Assembly: GCF_004010195.1 (NCBI RefSeq)
Contig: NC_057719.1
Span: 56,036,950 to 56,056,949, forward strand
Source: Chiloscyllium plagiosum
Taxonomy: Eukaryota
DNA length: 20,000 nucleotides
Direction: 5' to 3'
The translations under genes were made by a program, and so were the position numbers. Below the pieces are notes generated by a model. It ran no database searches. It saw only the letters and a list, made by a program, of their open reading frames with translations, and was not told the origin of the DNA. Position 1 is the first letter of the stretch. Each line of letters starts with the position of its first letter. This document shows, piece by piece, positions 1 through 10,782 of the stretch.

Positions 1-174
1 TGCAGTTACCCCTTGACTGGTCTCCTGTCTTTCACAAGTGGAGTTTGTGTTATGGGACTGAATAAATCACTGACTCCACCCACTTCATCTGTGGTTGCAA
101 CCATTTCCCATTTGTCGGTGAAAGACAACATAGATGATACTGGACATTGTGAATCTCAGGCTCAGCCCAGGTGA

Positions 175-920
175 ATCAATGCGCTGAGGACTGGCAGATG
201 GAATTTAATTTAGATAAATGTGACATGTTGCATTTTGGGAACGCAAACCAGATTTTATACTATTACTAATAGAGTCCTGGGGAAGTGTTGCTCAACAAAG
301 AGATCTAGGAAGTGTAGGTTCATAGTTCCTTGAAAGTGGAGTTGCAGGGTAATGAAAAAGGCATTTGGCACGCTTGCCTTTATTGGTCAGTGCACTGAGT
401 AAAGGAGTTGGGATGTCATGCTGTGGCTATACAGAACATTGATGTGACCATTTTTAGAACATTGCTTTCAATTCTGGTCTCTTTGCTAGTGAAGAAATTT
501 ACAAATATGTTGCTGGGATTGGAGGGTTTGAGCTATAGGGAAAGGCTGATTAGGCTGGGACCATTTTCCCTGGAGCGTTGGAGGCTGAGGGTGACCATAT
601 AGAAGTCTATAAAATCATGAAGGGCATGGATAGGGTGAATAGCCAAGGTATTTTTCTCAGAGTAGGGGAATCCAAAACTAGAGGGCACAGGTTTAAAATG
701 AGAGGGGAACAATGTAAAAGGAAGCTGAGGGGAAACGTTTTCACACAGAAGGTGGTACTTGTTTGGAATGAACTTCCAGAGGAAATGGCAGAGGCAACTG
801 CAACTTAAAAGGCATCTGGATGGGTACAAGAATAGAAAGGATCTAGAAGGATATGGGCTAAATGCTGGCAAATGAGATTAGGTCAGATGAGGATATTTGG
901 TTGGTGCAGATGAATTGGAC
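175..920 (+). mobile_element. CR1 LINE (HER1-like), 5'-truncated: ORF2 C-terminus plus 3' UTR, decayed
   Basis: Broken reading frames give WQMEFNLDKCDMLHFG, GLEGLSYRERLIRLGPFSLERWRLR, IEVYKIMKGMDRV and KTRGHRFKMRG...RGNVFTQKVVLVWNELPEE, the canonical CR1 ORF2 C-terminus. Followed by 3' UTR gatatgggctaaatgctggcaaatg. Confidence 0.92.
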
Positions 921-2284
921 TATTGAGACACAAATTCCACAAATGATTTTACTTGATCTGCAGGACTGACCGTGACTCACATACAGACTCCTGACCCTGT
1001 TCTCCCCAAGTGATTGACTGAAAGTGCCCAAGCCCCTTCTGGATTGTGAGTGGATGCTTCTCGAGCTGACTGTACTGGGAACCACTGACTGATGACAAGC
1101 CCCATTAACTTGATGGAAAACTGATTCCTTCACAATTTCAGTCATGGCAGTTTGGTGAAAGGGTTTGTGGTGTGTTTGTCAAAACGGCTGCTGATGCATG
1201 CTGTAGCTGTAAGGTCGACATTGCACTGTACTGTACAGCATTGTCTGTCTCGCCCCTGGACTGATGACTGCTAACAACCATGACAAGCTGCCTTGTTCTA
1301 CATTTGCACTGAACAGCACAGCAAAACACGAGTGCTCAAAGTCTTCAAGGTCCAGCGAAGGGGGAATAGTGCAAAACGGCAAGGCAAAGCAAGAATTCTG
1401 TGAACATCCAGGCAGGCAATACTAAGAGAGGGAGCAGCCAGTTCTGAAATTTAGCCTAGTCCAACCTGTGCAGTGGGTTCCTGCTCCTGTGCACAACATG
1501 TCCTTGCAGCAGCATCACAATAATAGGTGAGAAAGGGTAGCACTAAACTACAGAAATATACTGTAACATGGTTCACACATGATGATGTGGAAAGGCTGAT
1601 ACTTACTGGATCCCAATGTCCATGAACGTGGGATGTATGTGGTCAGTGCCCATGCAGTGTGCATTCAGATCCTGGTGACTGGTGTCCAGGTTGGAGTTTC
1701 AGAGTGACAAACAGTGAGCTGCAGTCGTCAGCTGCTCTGACTGTCATGTCTGGAATTCTGAATGTCTAGTTTCTATCTGGTGAGTGGGAGAATGGAAGAT
1801 TGCGTACTATTGAAAGGAAATTGAGCCAAAATGTGGGTGATAAGAAACAAAGATCCGTATTCATAGATCTCCCATTGCTCATAAGCTGGAATCTCATCTT
1901 GACAGCTAAGACTTGGTTAGAAAATGCAACTTTTTGGCCTCAACTTCAAGAAAGTCTTCAATGGGCACACCTCTTGATTTTCCCAAAACTCTCACTGTAC
2001 CCCACATTGTTTAGGGAATCAGAAGATACCACCTCCAATTTCCAATTCTGCTTGGACAAAAAAATAAACACATATATTCTAATCAGTTCTACCCTCAAAT
2101 TTGCTGACCAGAAGCCTTCTGTTGTGAAGCAGCAGGAAATGCTCACAGCTAGCAGCAGGGAAGATCAGTGTGGAAACTGAAGTCCTTTAGTCAACAGGAG
2201 GTGCTGAAATGTCCTCGAAGCACTTTGAAAACTACTGAGAGAAGATGCGAGATGGAGGCAAGGTGAGTTGGATGGCAGGTGAGT

Positions 2285-2311
2285 GGGGGGGGCGGGGGTA
2301 GGGTGCTGGGG
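2285..2311 (+). other. Canonical G-quadruplex-forming motif
   Basis: G8-C-G5-TA-G3-TGCT-G4: four G-runs with loops of 1-4 nt. Confidence 0.6.
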
Positions 2312-2461
2312 CAGAGGACATATTGTGCCAGGTGGGCAAATAATTAGGATGGTAAGTGGATACAGGGATAGGTTGTCAGGTCAGTGCATGAGTGTTTACA
2401 TTAGATCAAAGGGTCAGGTCAAGGGTGAGGCATTTTGCATCTGGCAGGGTCAGGAAGTGGT

Positions 2462-4300
2462 TAGATTAGATACAGTCATAGAGGTGTACAGCATGGAAAC
2501 AGACCCTTCGGTCCATGCCGACCAGATAACCCAACCCAATCTAATCCCACCTGCCAGCACCTGGCCCATATCCCTCCAAACTCTTCCGATTCATATACCT
2601 ATCCAGAAGCCTTTTAAATGTTGCAATTGTACCAGCCTCCACCACTTCCTCCGGCAGCTCATTCCATACACGTACCACCCTCTGTGTGACAAAGTTGCCC
2701 CTTAGATCTCTTTTATATCTTTCCCCTCTCACCCTAAACCTATGCCTTCAAGTTCTGGACTCCCCTACCCCAGGGAAAAGACTTTGTTCAGTTACCCTAT
2801 CCATGCCTCTCATGATTTTGTAAACTTCTATAAGGTCACCCCTCAGCCTCCAACACTCCAAGGAAAACAGTCCCATCCTATTCAACCTCCCCCTATAGCT
2901 CAAATGCTGCAACCCTGGCAAAATCCTTGCAGATTTTTTTCTGAACCCTTTCAAGTTTTACAACATCCTTCCAATCGGAAGGAGACCAGAATTGCATGCA
3001 ATATTCTAAACGTGGCCTAACCAACGTCCTGTACAGCCGCAACACGACCTCCCAATTCCTGTACTCAGTACTCTGACTAATGAAGGAAAGCATACCAAAT
3101 GCCTTCTTCACTATCCTATTACCTATGACTCTACTTTCAAGCAGCTACGAACCTACACTCCAAGGTCTCTTTGTTCAGCAACATTCCCTATTTCCTTACC
3201 ATTAAGTATATAAGTCCTGCTAAGATTTACTTTCCAAAATGCAGCACATTACATTTATCTGAATTAAACTTCATCTGCTACTCCTCAGCCCGTTGGCTCA
3301 TCTCATCAAGATCCTGTTGTAATCTGAGGTAACCTTCTTCACTGTCCACTACACCTCCAATTTTGGTGTCACCTGCAAACTTACTATACCTCTTCTGCTC
3401 ACATCCAAATCATTTATATAAATGACGAAAAGTAGTGGACCCAGCACCGATCCTTGTGGCACTCCACTGGTCACAGAAATAGCCACAGAACACTCCTGAA
3501 CTAACTACCTATCCCTGACCTTTCCTGGAACTAACCCATCTATGTGACTGTATCTGCGACTTTTCTTCCTTACTATAACTGCCATCCATCACACCCCCTT
3601 GCTCTTGTAAACTCCTCATTGGCTCTAACTGTCGCTCCAACCGTTCCATTCGATCTGACAGGATTCGCAAACAACGGCATTTATTGCAGACATAATCGTC
3701 AGTAACCCATAAACTCACCCTAAACTCCCACATCCAACAAGGTGAACATATCACTCTACTAAGGGCCATTTTTGCTTCTTCCAATCTGCAGATTCAGAAA
3801 ATAGCACTGTCTTATTACTCTACAAAACACTGCTCCAGGCTAACTTAATACTAATGGCTTGTATTTTTAAGTTTAATCAAGAGACATATCTCAATAAAAC
3901 ATATAATCAAGAAAGAACCCACTCTATTCATACCACAGACCTACAGAAAGGCCCCAAGACCTCATTTAAAACTATTCACTTATCTGTTTCTGTGCTGTGA
4001 CCTTTCCCAAACAGGTTCCTCCAAGATCAGTTGTGAATTTCATTGTTTGTTAATTTTCCCAGATGCATTCCAATGTCCAGCGATACATGAATTCAAACAG
4101 CAAAGGCAGTAATTGCGCAGATTCACTGCTGTGTCAGTTAGCATTATGGGTTTCTTTTCTCTCTCTCTCTCTCTCCTGCACTGACCTCACCATGTGCTTC
4201 CTTTGTCTGTCTCCTCTCCCTTTTAAAGGTGCCATTGTTTTGACTTCTTTTCTCTCCAAAGTTCCAAAACAACACAACAGCATATAAAACAGTAATTGCT
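2462..4300 (-). mobile_element. CR1 LINE with both ends present but a large internal deletion (5' UTR + ORF1 N-terminus joined to RT C-half + 3' UTR)
   Basis: Minus strand: putative 5' UTR about 4300-3785, ORF1 zinc-finger/leucine-zipper 3784-3477, then directly VTSGVPQGSVLGPLLFVIYINDLD...KFAGDTK...KKAFGMLSFI...LYRTLVRPRLEYCMQFWSP...RGNFVTQRVVRVWNELP, then 3' UTR ending ccgaagggtctgtttccatgctgtacacctctatgac. Confidence 0.85.
3477..3784 (-). pseudogene. CR1 ORF1 N-terminal fragment (CxxC...CxxC zinc finger plus leucine zipper)
   Basis: RVICSPCWMWE...DDYVCNKCRCLRILSDRMERLERQLEPMR...WVSSRKG, then after a frameshift VQECSVAI. This is the typical vertebrate CR1 ORF1 zf/lz region. Confidence 0.85.
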
Positions 4301-4973
4301 GGGATGGAGTTGAGTCAGGGTGCTTTGGGTCACGAAGGAGAGGGTGTCAGGTTGGAGGCAGGTGCTGACCTGGAGAGGATTGCCAAGTCTAGTGAATTCA
4401 GATTGGGTTGAAGTGATAGGTTATGAAACAGATGTCAGGCTATCAAGATTGGGTCAGGTTTTAGGGTGGGACCAGGAGGCTGATGGAGATTGCTTGAGTC
4501 AATTATAAAGGATGTGATAACAGGACACTTAGAAAATACCAACAATAAAGTTCACATGGACTTATGAAAGGGAAATCATGTTGGACAAACCTGCTGGAGT
4601 TTTATGAACATGAAGATGAGCAAAAACAAGAGGATACAGTAGATTTGGAATTTCAGAAAGCTTTTGACTAAGTCCCACAGAAAAGGCTATTCTGCAAAAT
4701 CAAAGCACCTGGGATTGGTAGTAATATGCTGGCATGGATTGAGAACTAGTTAAAAGGTTGGAAAGAGAATAAGAATTAATGGGTCATTTCTGGAATGAAA
4801 GGTAATGACAAGTTGGGTACTTGGATCCAGCTATGCGCAATATATATCCATATTCTGGATGAGGGAATTGAGCAGATGACACAAAACAAACTGGGAGAGG
4901 GAATAGTGAGGAGAATGTAAAGAGACTTCAGGCCAACTTAGACAAGTTGAGTAAATGGGCAAATACATGGCAG

Positions 4974-5283
4974 GAGAAAGTGAGGACTGCAGATGCTGGA
5001 GATCAGAGCTGAAAATGTGTTGCTGGAAAAGCGCAGCAGGTCAGGCAGCATCCAAGGAACAGGAGAATCGATGTTTCGGGCATAAGCCCTTCTTCAGGAA
5101 TGAGGAAAGTGTGTCCAGCAGGCTAAGATAAAATGTAGGGAGGAGGGACTTGGGGGAGGGGCGTTGGAATTGCGATAGGTGGAGGGAGGTCAAGGTGAGG
5201 ATGATAGGCCGGAGTAGGGGTGGGGGCGGAGAGATCAGGAAGAAGATTGCAGGTTAGGAAGGCAGTGCTGAGTTCGAAGGATT
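4974..5283 (-). mobile_element. Penelope-like element 3' end / pLTR with hammerhead motif
   Basis: Shares the block tgctggaaaa...gcaggtcaggcagca...aggagaatcgatgtttcgggcata.gccctt with the GIY-YIG-bearing element at 15921-16623. Has the tail gagaaagtgaggactgcagatgctgga and splits the CR1 motif WQ|QYNVDKC. Confidence 0.85.
5065..5102 (-). ncRNA. Minimal type-I hammerhead ribozyme motif (helix III palindrome mutated)
   Basis: Minus strand reads cattc CTGAAGA a GGGC ttat GCCC GAAA catc gattc (core 5097-5070). ACGT has become ACAT, consistent with CpG decay. Confidence 0.75.
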
Positions 5284-6015
5284 TACAGTATAATGTGGAT
5301 AAATGCGAAGTTCTCCATTTTGATATGGAAAACTATCTTACTTCAATAGTGATAGTGTTGGAAAGTGTTATAGACCTGAAGTGCAGAGAAAAAAAACGTT
5401 CCCTTCAACAAATCTGTATCTTCATGGATATTCAGCCTATAATTTTGTACTGAAGCAATCTACTGTCCCTATTCCTTGCCTGAGGCCATTGAATCACATC
5501 GACACTGCATCAACCAGAAAGAAAATCAGAAGAGGTGCCTGTGGGCATCTACCTTAAGGGAGCTGGCCCTATTGTTTTATTTATTTAAATTAAATGGACT
5601 GAAAATTATGCAAGGTTTTGTTTGGGACACTGTCAACACCTTCTGATTTGCCTGCAGTATCTGCCCACAGGCATTCAATATCCTCAGACAAAATGAACAG
5701 GCAAGGATAGTCTAATGCCGCAGCTATATGCCACTAGCTATTATTTGTTTGCCAGTAGATGTCCCACGCCACTTCTGTGATTCCATGAAGTTACTCCATT
5801 TAAATCCCCAAATTCTTTGGCTTCCTGTGTCTTATTAATTTATTATTCATGTCAAGGTCACAATGCTCATTCTCCTTCTTTCATGTCAAAACCTTGCATT
5901 TCCCAATTGTCAGTCTAAGCTTCTAATCGATTCAGAACTCTCTATATTTGATTTGCTGTTCCTTCCTTTTGTAGTTTGTGGCTTCACTTGTTTACATTGT
6001 CATACTTGGGGGTAG

Positions 6016-6157
6016 TGTGGTGCTGGAAAATTCCTGAAGAAGGGCTTATGCCGAAACGTCGATTCTCCTGCTCCTCGGATGCTGCCTGGCCCGCTGCGCT
6101 TTTCCAGCACCACACTTTTCAACTCTGGTCTCCAGTATCTGCAGTCCTCACTTTCTC
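6016..6157 (+). mobile_element. Short non-coding PLE insertion (pLTR + tail, short inverted arm) with target-site duplication
   Basis: TSD at[a/c]cttgggggtag at 6002-6015 and 6158-6171. Perfect 17-bp inverted repeat 6014-6030 / 6100-6116. Ends in the tail tctgcagtcctcactttctc. Confidence 0.9.
6030..6065 (+). ncRNA. Minimal type-I hammerhead ribozyme motif
   Basis: attc CTGAAGA(6034-6040) ag GGC ttat GCC GAAA(6053-6056) CGTC gattc. Predicted GUC cleavage after 6060. Helix II is one C shorter than in the other copies. Confidence 0.78.
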
Positions 6158-6330
6158 ATCCTTGGGGGTAGCTTAATTTCACACCCCAGTCCTATTTCTG
6201 GAACATTTACAAAATATAGAAACATTAATGTTCTAGCAGTGTCCCCTTACTCCTTTCACTCTGAAGTAACACCATGCAGAAACATTCTTTGCTCCTTCTG
6301 ACTTAGCCAATTTCAGATCCAGCTCAGGCG

Positions 6331-6392
6331 TTTTCTTTATTCATTCAGGAGATGTAGTTTGCTCTGGCCCGGTATTTATTGCCATCGCTAAT
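6331..6392 (-). mobile_element. Short 3' tail of the CR1/L2-group LINE or of its partner SINE
   Basis: ttttctttattcattc...gatgt...tggccc...atttattgcc resembles the ends at 7450-7510 and 18141-18200. Confidence 0.55.
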
Positions 6393-6811
6393 GTGACTCG
6401 AGAACATTCTTATGGTTATCTTGCTTCTCAGAAGAAACCAGAGGTGTTGTCTATGGCTGCATTAGCAACAAGAATAAGAGCTGCAGCTGCAGGAGCTAAC
6501 ACCAGTTATAAAATAGCACGCAGAGACACAATTACCAAAGACTCATGGAGGCTGCAATGTTCAGGGTCGCCCACACCACACTCTCCCCCCGCCCACTACC
6601 CCAACTTTAAACAGAAGACCAACTGGGGAGTACTCAACCTGAGGAAGATGTCCCAGGTCTGTGACAGCTTGCCTGATGTCACTAGTCTAATTCTTTTCTC
6701 TCTCACACACTCTCTCTCGCTCGCTCTATCTCCACTGCCACGTAGTTTCCTGTTGTCTTAACCATCTTGCCTGTATGAGGTCCTCTGTGTGGCTGCCCCA
6801 ATACCCACTCA

Positions 6812-7370
6812 TTGAAGGTCACATTACGTCTGTACAGGACACTGGTTTGGCCACTTTTGGAACATTGCCTGCAATTTTGGTCTCCCTCCTATAAGAAGGA
6901 TGTTGTGAAACTTGTAAGAGTTCAGAAAAGATTTACAAGAATGTTGCTAGGGTTGGAGGATTTGGGCTATAGGAAAAGGCTAATTATGCTGGGGCTGTTT
7001 TCCCTGGAACATTGGAGGCTGAGGTGTGACCTTATAGGGGTTTGTAAAATCATTATTGGCACAGACAGGGTAAAAAGACAAGGTCTTTTCCCTGGGGTGG
7101 GTGAATCCAGAACTAGAGGGTGTAGGTTTAAGGTGAGAGGGGGCAGATTTAAAAAGCAGCTAAGGGGTAACTTTTTCATGCAGAGGATGGAATGTATGGA
7201 ATGAGCTACCAGAGGCAACTGGATGTGTAGATGAATATGAAGGGTTTAGAGGGATATGGGCCAAGTTCCGGCAAAAGGGACTAGGTTAATTTAGGATATC
7301 TGGTCAGTATGAATGAGTTGGACCAAAAGGTCTGTTTCAGGCTGTACATCTCTATGACTCCATGACTCTA
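6812..7370 (+). mobile_element. CR1 LINE 3' fragment
   Basis: LRLYRTLVWPLLEHCLQFWSPSYKKDVVKLVRVQKRFTRMLLGLEDLGYRKRL...RTRGCRFKVRG...RGNFF, then 3' UTR and the 8-bp-unit tail tctatgac-tccatgac-tctaag. Confidence 0.93.
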
Positions 7371-7449
7371 AGTAATGGGACAAGTGTGGATCTGTGCACA
7401 TCTGTAAGTTTCTCTGTACTGCCCAAAATGCTAGGTACATAGTTCACTG

Positions 7450-7973
7450 TTTTTTTTAATTAATGTGCGGGATGTGGATGTCACTGGCTACACCAATATT
7501 TATGGCCCAGAGGATAGTTAAGAGTCAACCATATTGTTGTGGACTCACATTTAGGCCAGACCAAGTAAGAATGGTACATTTCCTTCTCTAAAGGACATGC
7601 CTCAGGCGACTCTCTGTGTGGAGTTTGCACATTCTCCCCGTGTCTGCATGGATTTCCTCCCACAGTCCAAAGATGTGCAGGTTAGGTGAATTGGCCACGC
7701 TAAATGTAGGGGAATGGGTCTGGGTGGGTTGCGCTTCGGCGTGTCAGTGTGGACTGGTTGGGCTGAAGGGCCTGTTTCCACACTGTAGGTAATCTAATCT
7801 AATCTAATCTAAATGAACTTGATTATTGACAAATCTACAAGGGTTTCATGGACATCATTGGAAGCTTAATTCCATCATCTGCCATGGCAGTGTTTGGACC
7901 CAGGTCAACAAAACACTACCTGGGTCCCTGGATTAAGATTCTAGCAATAATACTACTCAGTCATCACCTCCCC
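7450..7973 (-). mobile_element. tRNA-derived SINE, SacSINE1/DeuSINE-like, split by an HE1 SINE
   Basis: Minus strand: head ggggaggtgatgactgagtag (A-box-like) and gggtccaaacac (B-box-like), central block gtcctttagagaaggaaat...ttggtctggcctaaatgtgagtcc...tggttgactcttaac, and a LINE-like tail ending in an A-rich run at about 7450. Family name from recollection. Confidence 0.7.
7599..7811 (+). mobile_element. HE1-like V-SINE, 5'-truncated
   Basis: V-domain ctgtgtggagtttgcacattctccccgtgtctgc...tttcctcccacagtccaaagatgtgcaggttaggtgaattggcc, CR1-type 3' end tgggctgaagggcctgtttccacactgta, and a (TAATC)n tail. Confidence 0.88.
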
Positions 7974-7989
7974 TTGAGGAGAGGAAGTG

Positions 7990-8108
7990 TACACAGACAT
8001 TGACACGCACACACACAGACACACACGCACACAAACAGACGCGCGCACACACGCAAACGCACACGCGCACATACACGCTCTCACTCTCTCTGTCTCTCTC
8101 TCTCTGTC
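7990..8108. repeat. Compound microsatellite, imperfect (CA/CG)n followed by (CT)n
   Basis: acacgcacacacacagacacacacgcac...gcgcgcacacacgc...ctctcactctctctgtctctctctctctgtc. Confidence 0.95.
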
Positions 8109-8249
8109 TTATTGTCATGGCCGAAGTATACAGCTTTTACTTCGGACAGCCATTTAGTGAGTGGCAGAGAAATGAGACGATCTCAATGTTAAAAATGCTC
8201 ATATATTTGCATGTTATAATTATATTGAAAGAACTTCTTCATTCTTTAC

Positions 8250-9297
8250 TTATCTAGGTATCGGTCCAACATCCACAGCTGGGGTGAGGCAGCTGCTGAA
8301 AGCTACATCTTGGTAACCACCACGACTCTGGTCAACTCTTTGGTGGCCTTCAGCTCCAGAGGGCTTTGGGTTGATGAAAGTCTCCTGCGTAGATGGAAGT
8401 GCACCCTCTTCAGTCAGATTTGTTGGAGGCACAAGGGAGGTGAATGGACAGGAAACATCAGAAATGTCCTCAGATGTAGCTCCTAGGGTGTGGCTCTGAC
8501 CCCCTACTCCCTGTGGGTACCTGCTGGCACCACCCTGTCTCTTTGAGACACAGCAATATCTGGAGTGAGGTTGAGACACCTGATTTGCCCTCTCTTCTTG
8601 GCATTGATGTGAGTAACGATCCATGGCCGGAGTAATGAAGTTGTGGTTTGAACTGGTATCCAGCAGCTGATGTGTTCTCTGCTCTGGGTCTCTGGGACAG
8701 CTACATCTTTCCATACAGATAGCCAGTGCACACACACACTGGAGCCATCATAGCAGACAGAAGATAGACAGTCTCCTCCGTATTTCGCTCCAGTCTAGCC
8801 TTCTGCCATCACTGCCTGATTCTCCCTTGTCTGTCACTGCAGGTTGATCACATCAGTTACACCTTCTGTATGGACCTGAGCTGGTGTCTGGTCTCCTGAA
8901 GTCCTCAAACATTTCATCCTCCTCTAGCTGGAGAGACATGTCAGTGATGTGCACACCAGATCATATCCCTGAGTCCACTCTACCCGTTGATCTGAAAGTC
9001 TCAGGGCTGCTGGAGGATGCAGGAGAAGATCGATCCTCTGAATTATCATAGGTTCAACCTCAAAGGTGCTGGTGCTGGAGAGGCTCTGGGGCCTCTGCCA
9101 TTCCACTTTGCACTTCATGTCTTAGTGACATGGCTGAATGAGAGGCATTCACCTCCTTGAGCAAACTGGGCCCAGGATGCAGGAGTCTGATGGGATAGCG
9201 TCTTTTGCTCCTCAAAGTCGAAGAGCACTGCCTCTCGGGCCTGAAGGTGTGGGGAAGATGGTTGAATGAAGTATCATTAAATCAGGGTGTCACCTTT
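8250..9297 (-). mobile_element. Probable Harbinger/PIF Myb/SANT-like gene relic
   Basis: Minus strand 9295-9135 with two frameshifts reads KVTP*FNDTS...AREAVLFDFEEQKTLSHQTPASWAQFA/KEVNAS, matching the trihelix Myb/SANT pattern PRFSD..L..L...V......LF.........W..IA..VNA. The downstream (lower-coordinate) extent is inferred from composition only. Confidence 0.6.
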
Positions 9298-10539
9298 TGA
9301 TGCTAGGCACAGGTGGGATGGCAGCAAAGATGTCAGCCTGTTCTGGAGGCCTTGCAGTGAGTGAAGGGCTGCTGAGTGATCATTCAATATGTCATCAAAA
9401 CCTTCAACCCAGGGAGGTTCAGGATACAAGTGAGAACTTCCACTCATCATCTGCACACTATTCGTTGTTTAACTTGCAAGAACACTGACTTGTGCATGAA
9501 ATGTATGGAAGAGCAGATGATCAACACAAGTCATGGCAGATGTGTTGCCAACTATTACACCTGCTGTCATACTTTAACTCCAAAATGGAAAATCGCAGAC
9601 ATAAACTCTGCATTTCTCTCCATCACTGCTGCCTGATCGATGAAAGTTTGCAACAATTTAAGCTTTCCCTACTGTTTCGTACCTTTAGTGTTTACTTAAT
9701 ACCATGAGTATTTCAATTAATTACATAAACAACTCCAGTCTGAATGATTTATCAGCTTATTTATGATACTTGACAGTAAATAAACATTCAGGACTCAGAC
9801 CGCTTTGCGCCTGTAGACTTGTAAGAAACATTTACAAATCAACTCTGCATAACTTCATGAAGGAGGTACAAGTAACTCTGGATCTATACTGATATTTGTT
9901 CAGCATATGAACTAGAAATTGTCATATAACTCCATCCATGGTGGTCAAGAGTGGGAAAGACAATTTATTGCCATTTTGCCATCTGAGTTATGATAACAGT
10001 AATCCTTTAGTTAATGTTCAAAGTAATAATAATTCAATATTCAAAGTATTAATAGTTCAGTGTTATTATTTGCTTCCAGTCCTTATTGGTCCAATGAAGA
10101 TATGTTATATTATTGTTACTTTTATCTAATTACTCACATGTAATTTCCAGGACAGAGACCATCAGTCAATAGAGATTGACTAGACTTATTGGACAAATAA
10201 GGGTTAGCTTATACTGATAAAGGCAAAAATAAGTTTTAAATGACAATGTAGTAGGAAGGTAAGCAACTAAAAGTCTATTCATTGCAAGACAAGAATGTGT
10301 GTTGAAATCCTCACATCTCTTCTCATGCGCTTATTAGCCATAAATTGGATCCTTCTCAAGGAATTAAATGTCACATAGGCTCAAAATTAAGTTTCAATAT
10401 TGCAATCATTCCCTTTTATCCCTTGTTATTTTATAGATTTATACTTTACTTGTACTTCATCCTTGCTGTTCCTTCCCTTTTAATGTTTACATTAGTCATG
10501 GTAGACAATCATCAAAGTTGTCTAACCACAGACACATAC

Positions 10540-10687
10540 ACAGTGGTTGATTTCCGCTTCAAAATTGGATTCTGGATAGTTCTAACACTTGAGCTGCTGG
10601 TTGTGGAGAAAAGTGGCAAGTATTTGCATCTTTCATGACTTTCATCATCATGTTTTGACGGGTGAGTGTAGGTTTCCCAAGGGTATG
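10540..10687 (-). other. Candidate internal coding exon of an unidentified host gene
   Basis: Acceptor cttttaatgcttgtAG, 148 bp with one open frame (xYPWETYTHPSKHDDESHERCKYLPLFSTTSSSSVRTIQNPILKRKSTTV), donor GTATGT. Lies in AT-rich sequence with no recognisable repeat. No protein recognised. Confidence 0.3.
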
Positions 10688-10782
10688 CTACAAGCATTAA
10701 AAGTGAGCAGATTGTGATGTCAGTCCATATTTGGCACCGATTCAGCACCCAACCTGACACTGTGCACTTCCTGCTCCTCATT

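Larger units (their letters stand above)
4495..5385 (+). mobile_element. Old CR1 ORF2 RT-domain fragment, interrupted by a PLE at 4974-5283
   Basis: IIKDVITGHLEN, HGLMKGKSCWTNLLEFYE, EFQKAF.KVP-like, LAWIEN, LQANLDKLSKWANTWQ, then after the insertion QYNVDKCEVLHF. Confidence 0.85.

Noticed and set aside
533..871. 112-aa minus-strand ORF and similar ORFs (2283-2705, 2742-3020, 6967-7218, 12080-12484, 13723-14007, 16885-17121)
   Set aside because: Antisense or off-frame readings of CR1 and PLE repeats; not independent genes.
1430..1520. VLKFSL...VHNMSLQQ loosely resembling the Harbinger transposase end (LQYSP...LHN)
   Set aside because: Spacing differs and no upstream DDE motifs were found; too weak to call.
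1800..2180. 126-aa ORF
   Set aside because: TTG start in a eukaryotic context, no recognisable domain, no convincing splice sites.
6393..6761. 122-aa ORF
   Set aside because: GTG start, runs into a CT microsatellite, no recognisable homology.
8000..8257. 85-aa ORF with THTHT/LSLSL
   Set aside because: Translation of a microsatellite.
10151..10258. Plus-strand segment bounded by ttccAG and AG|GTAAGC
   Set aside because: Stops in all three frames; at most a non-coding or chance exon.
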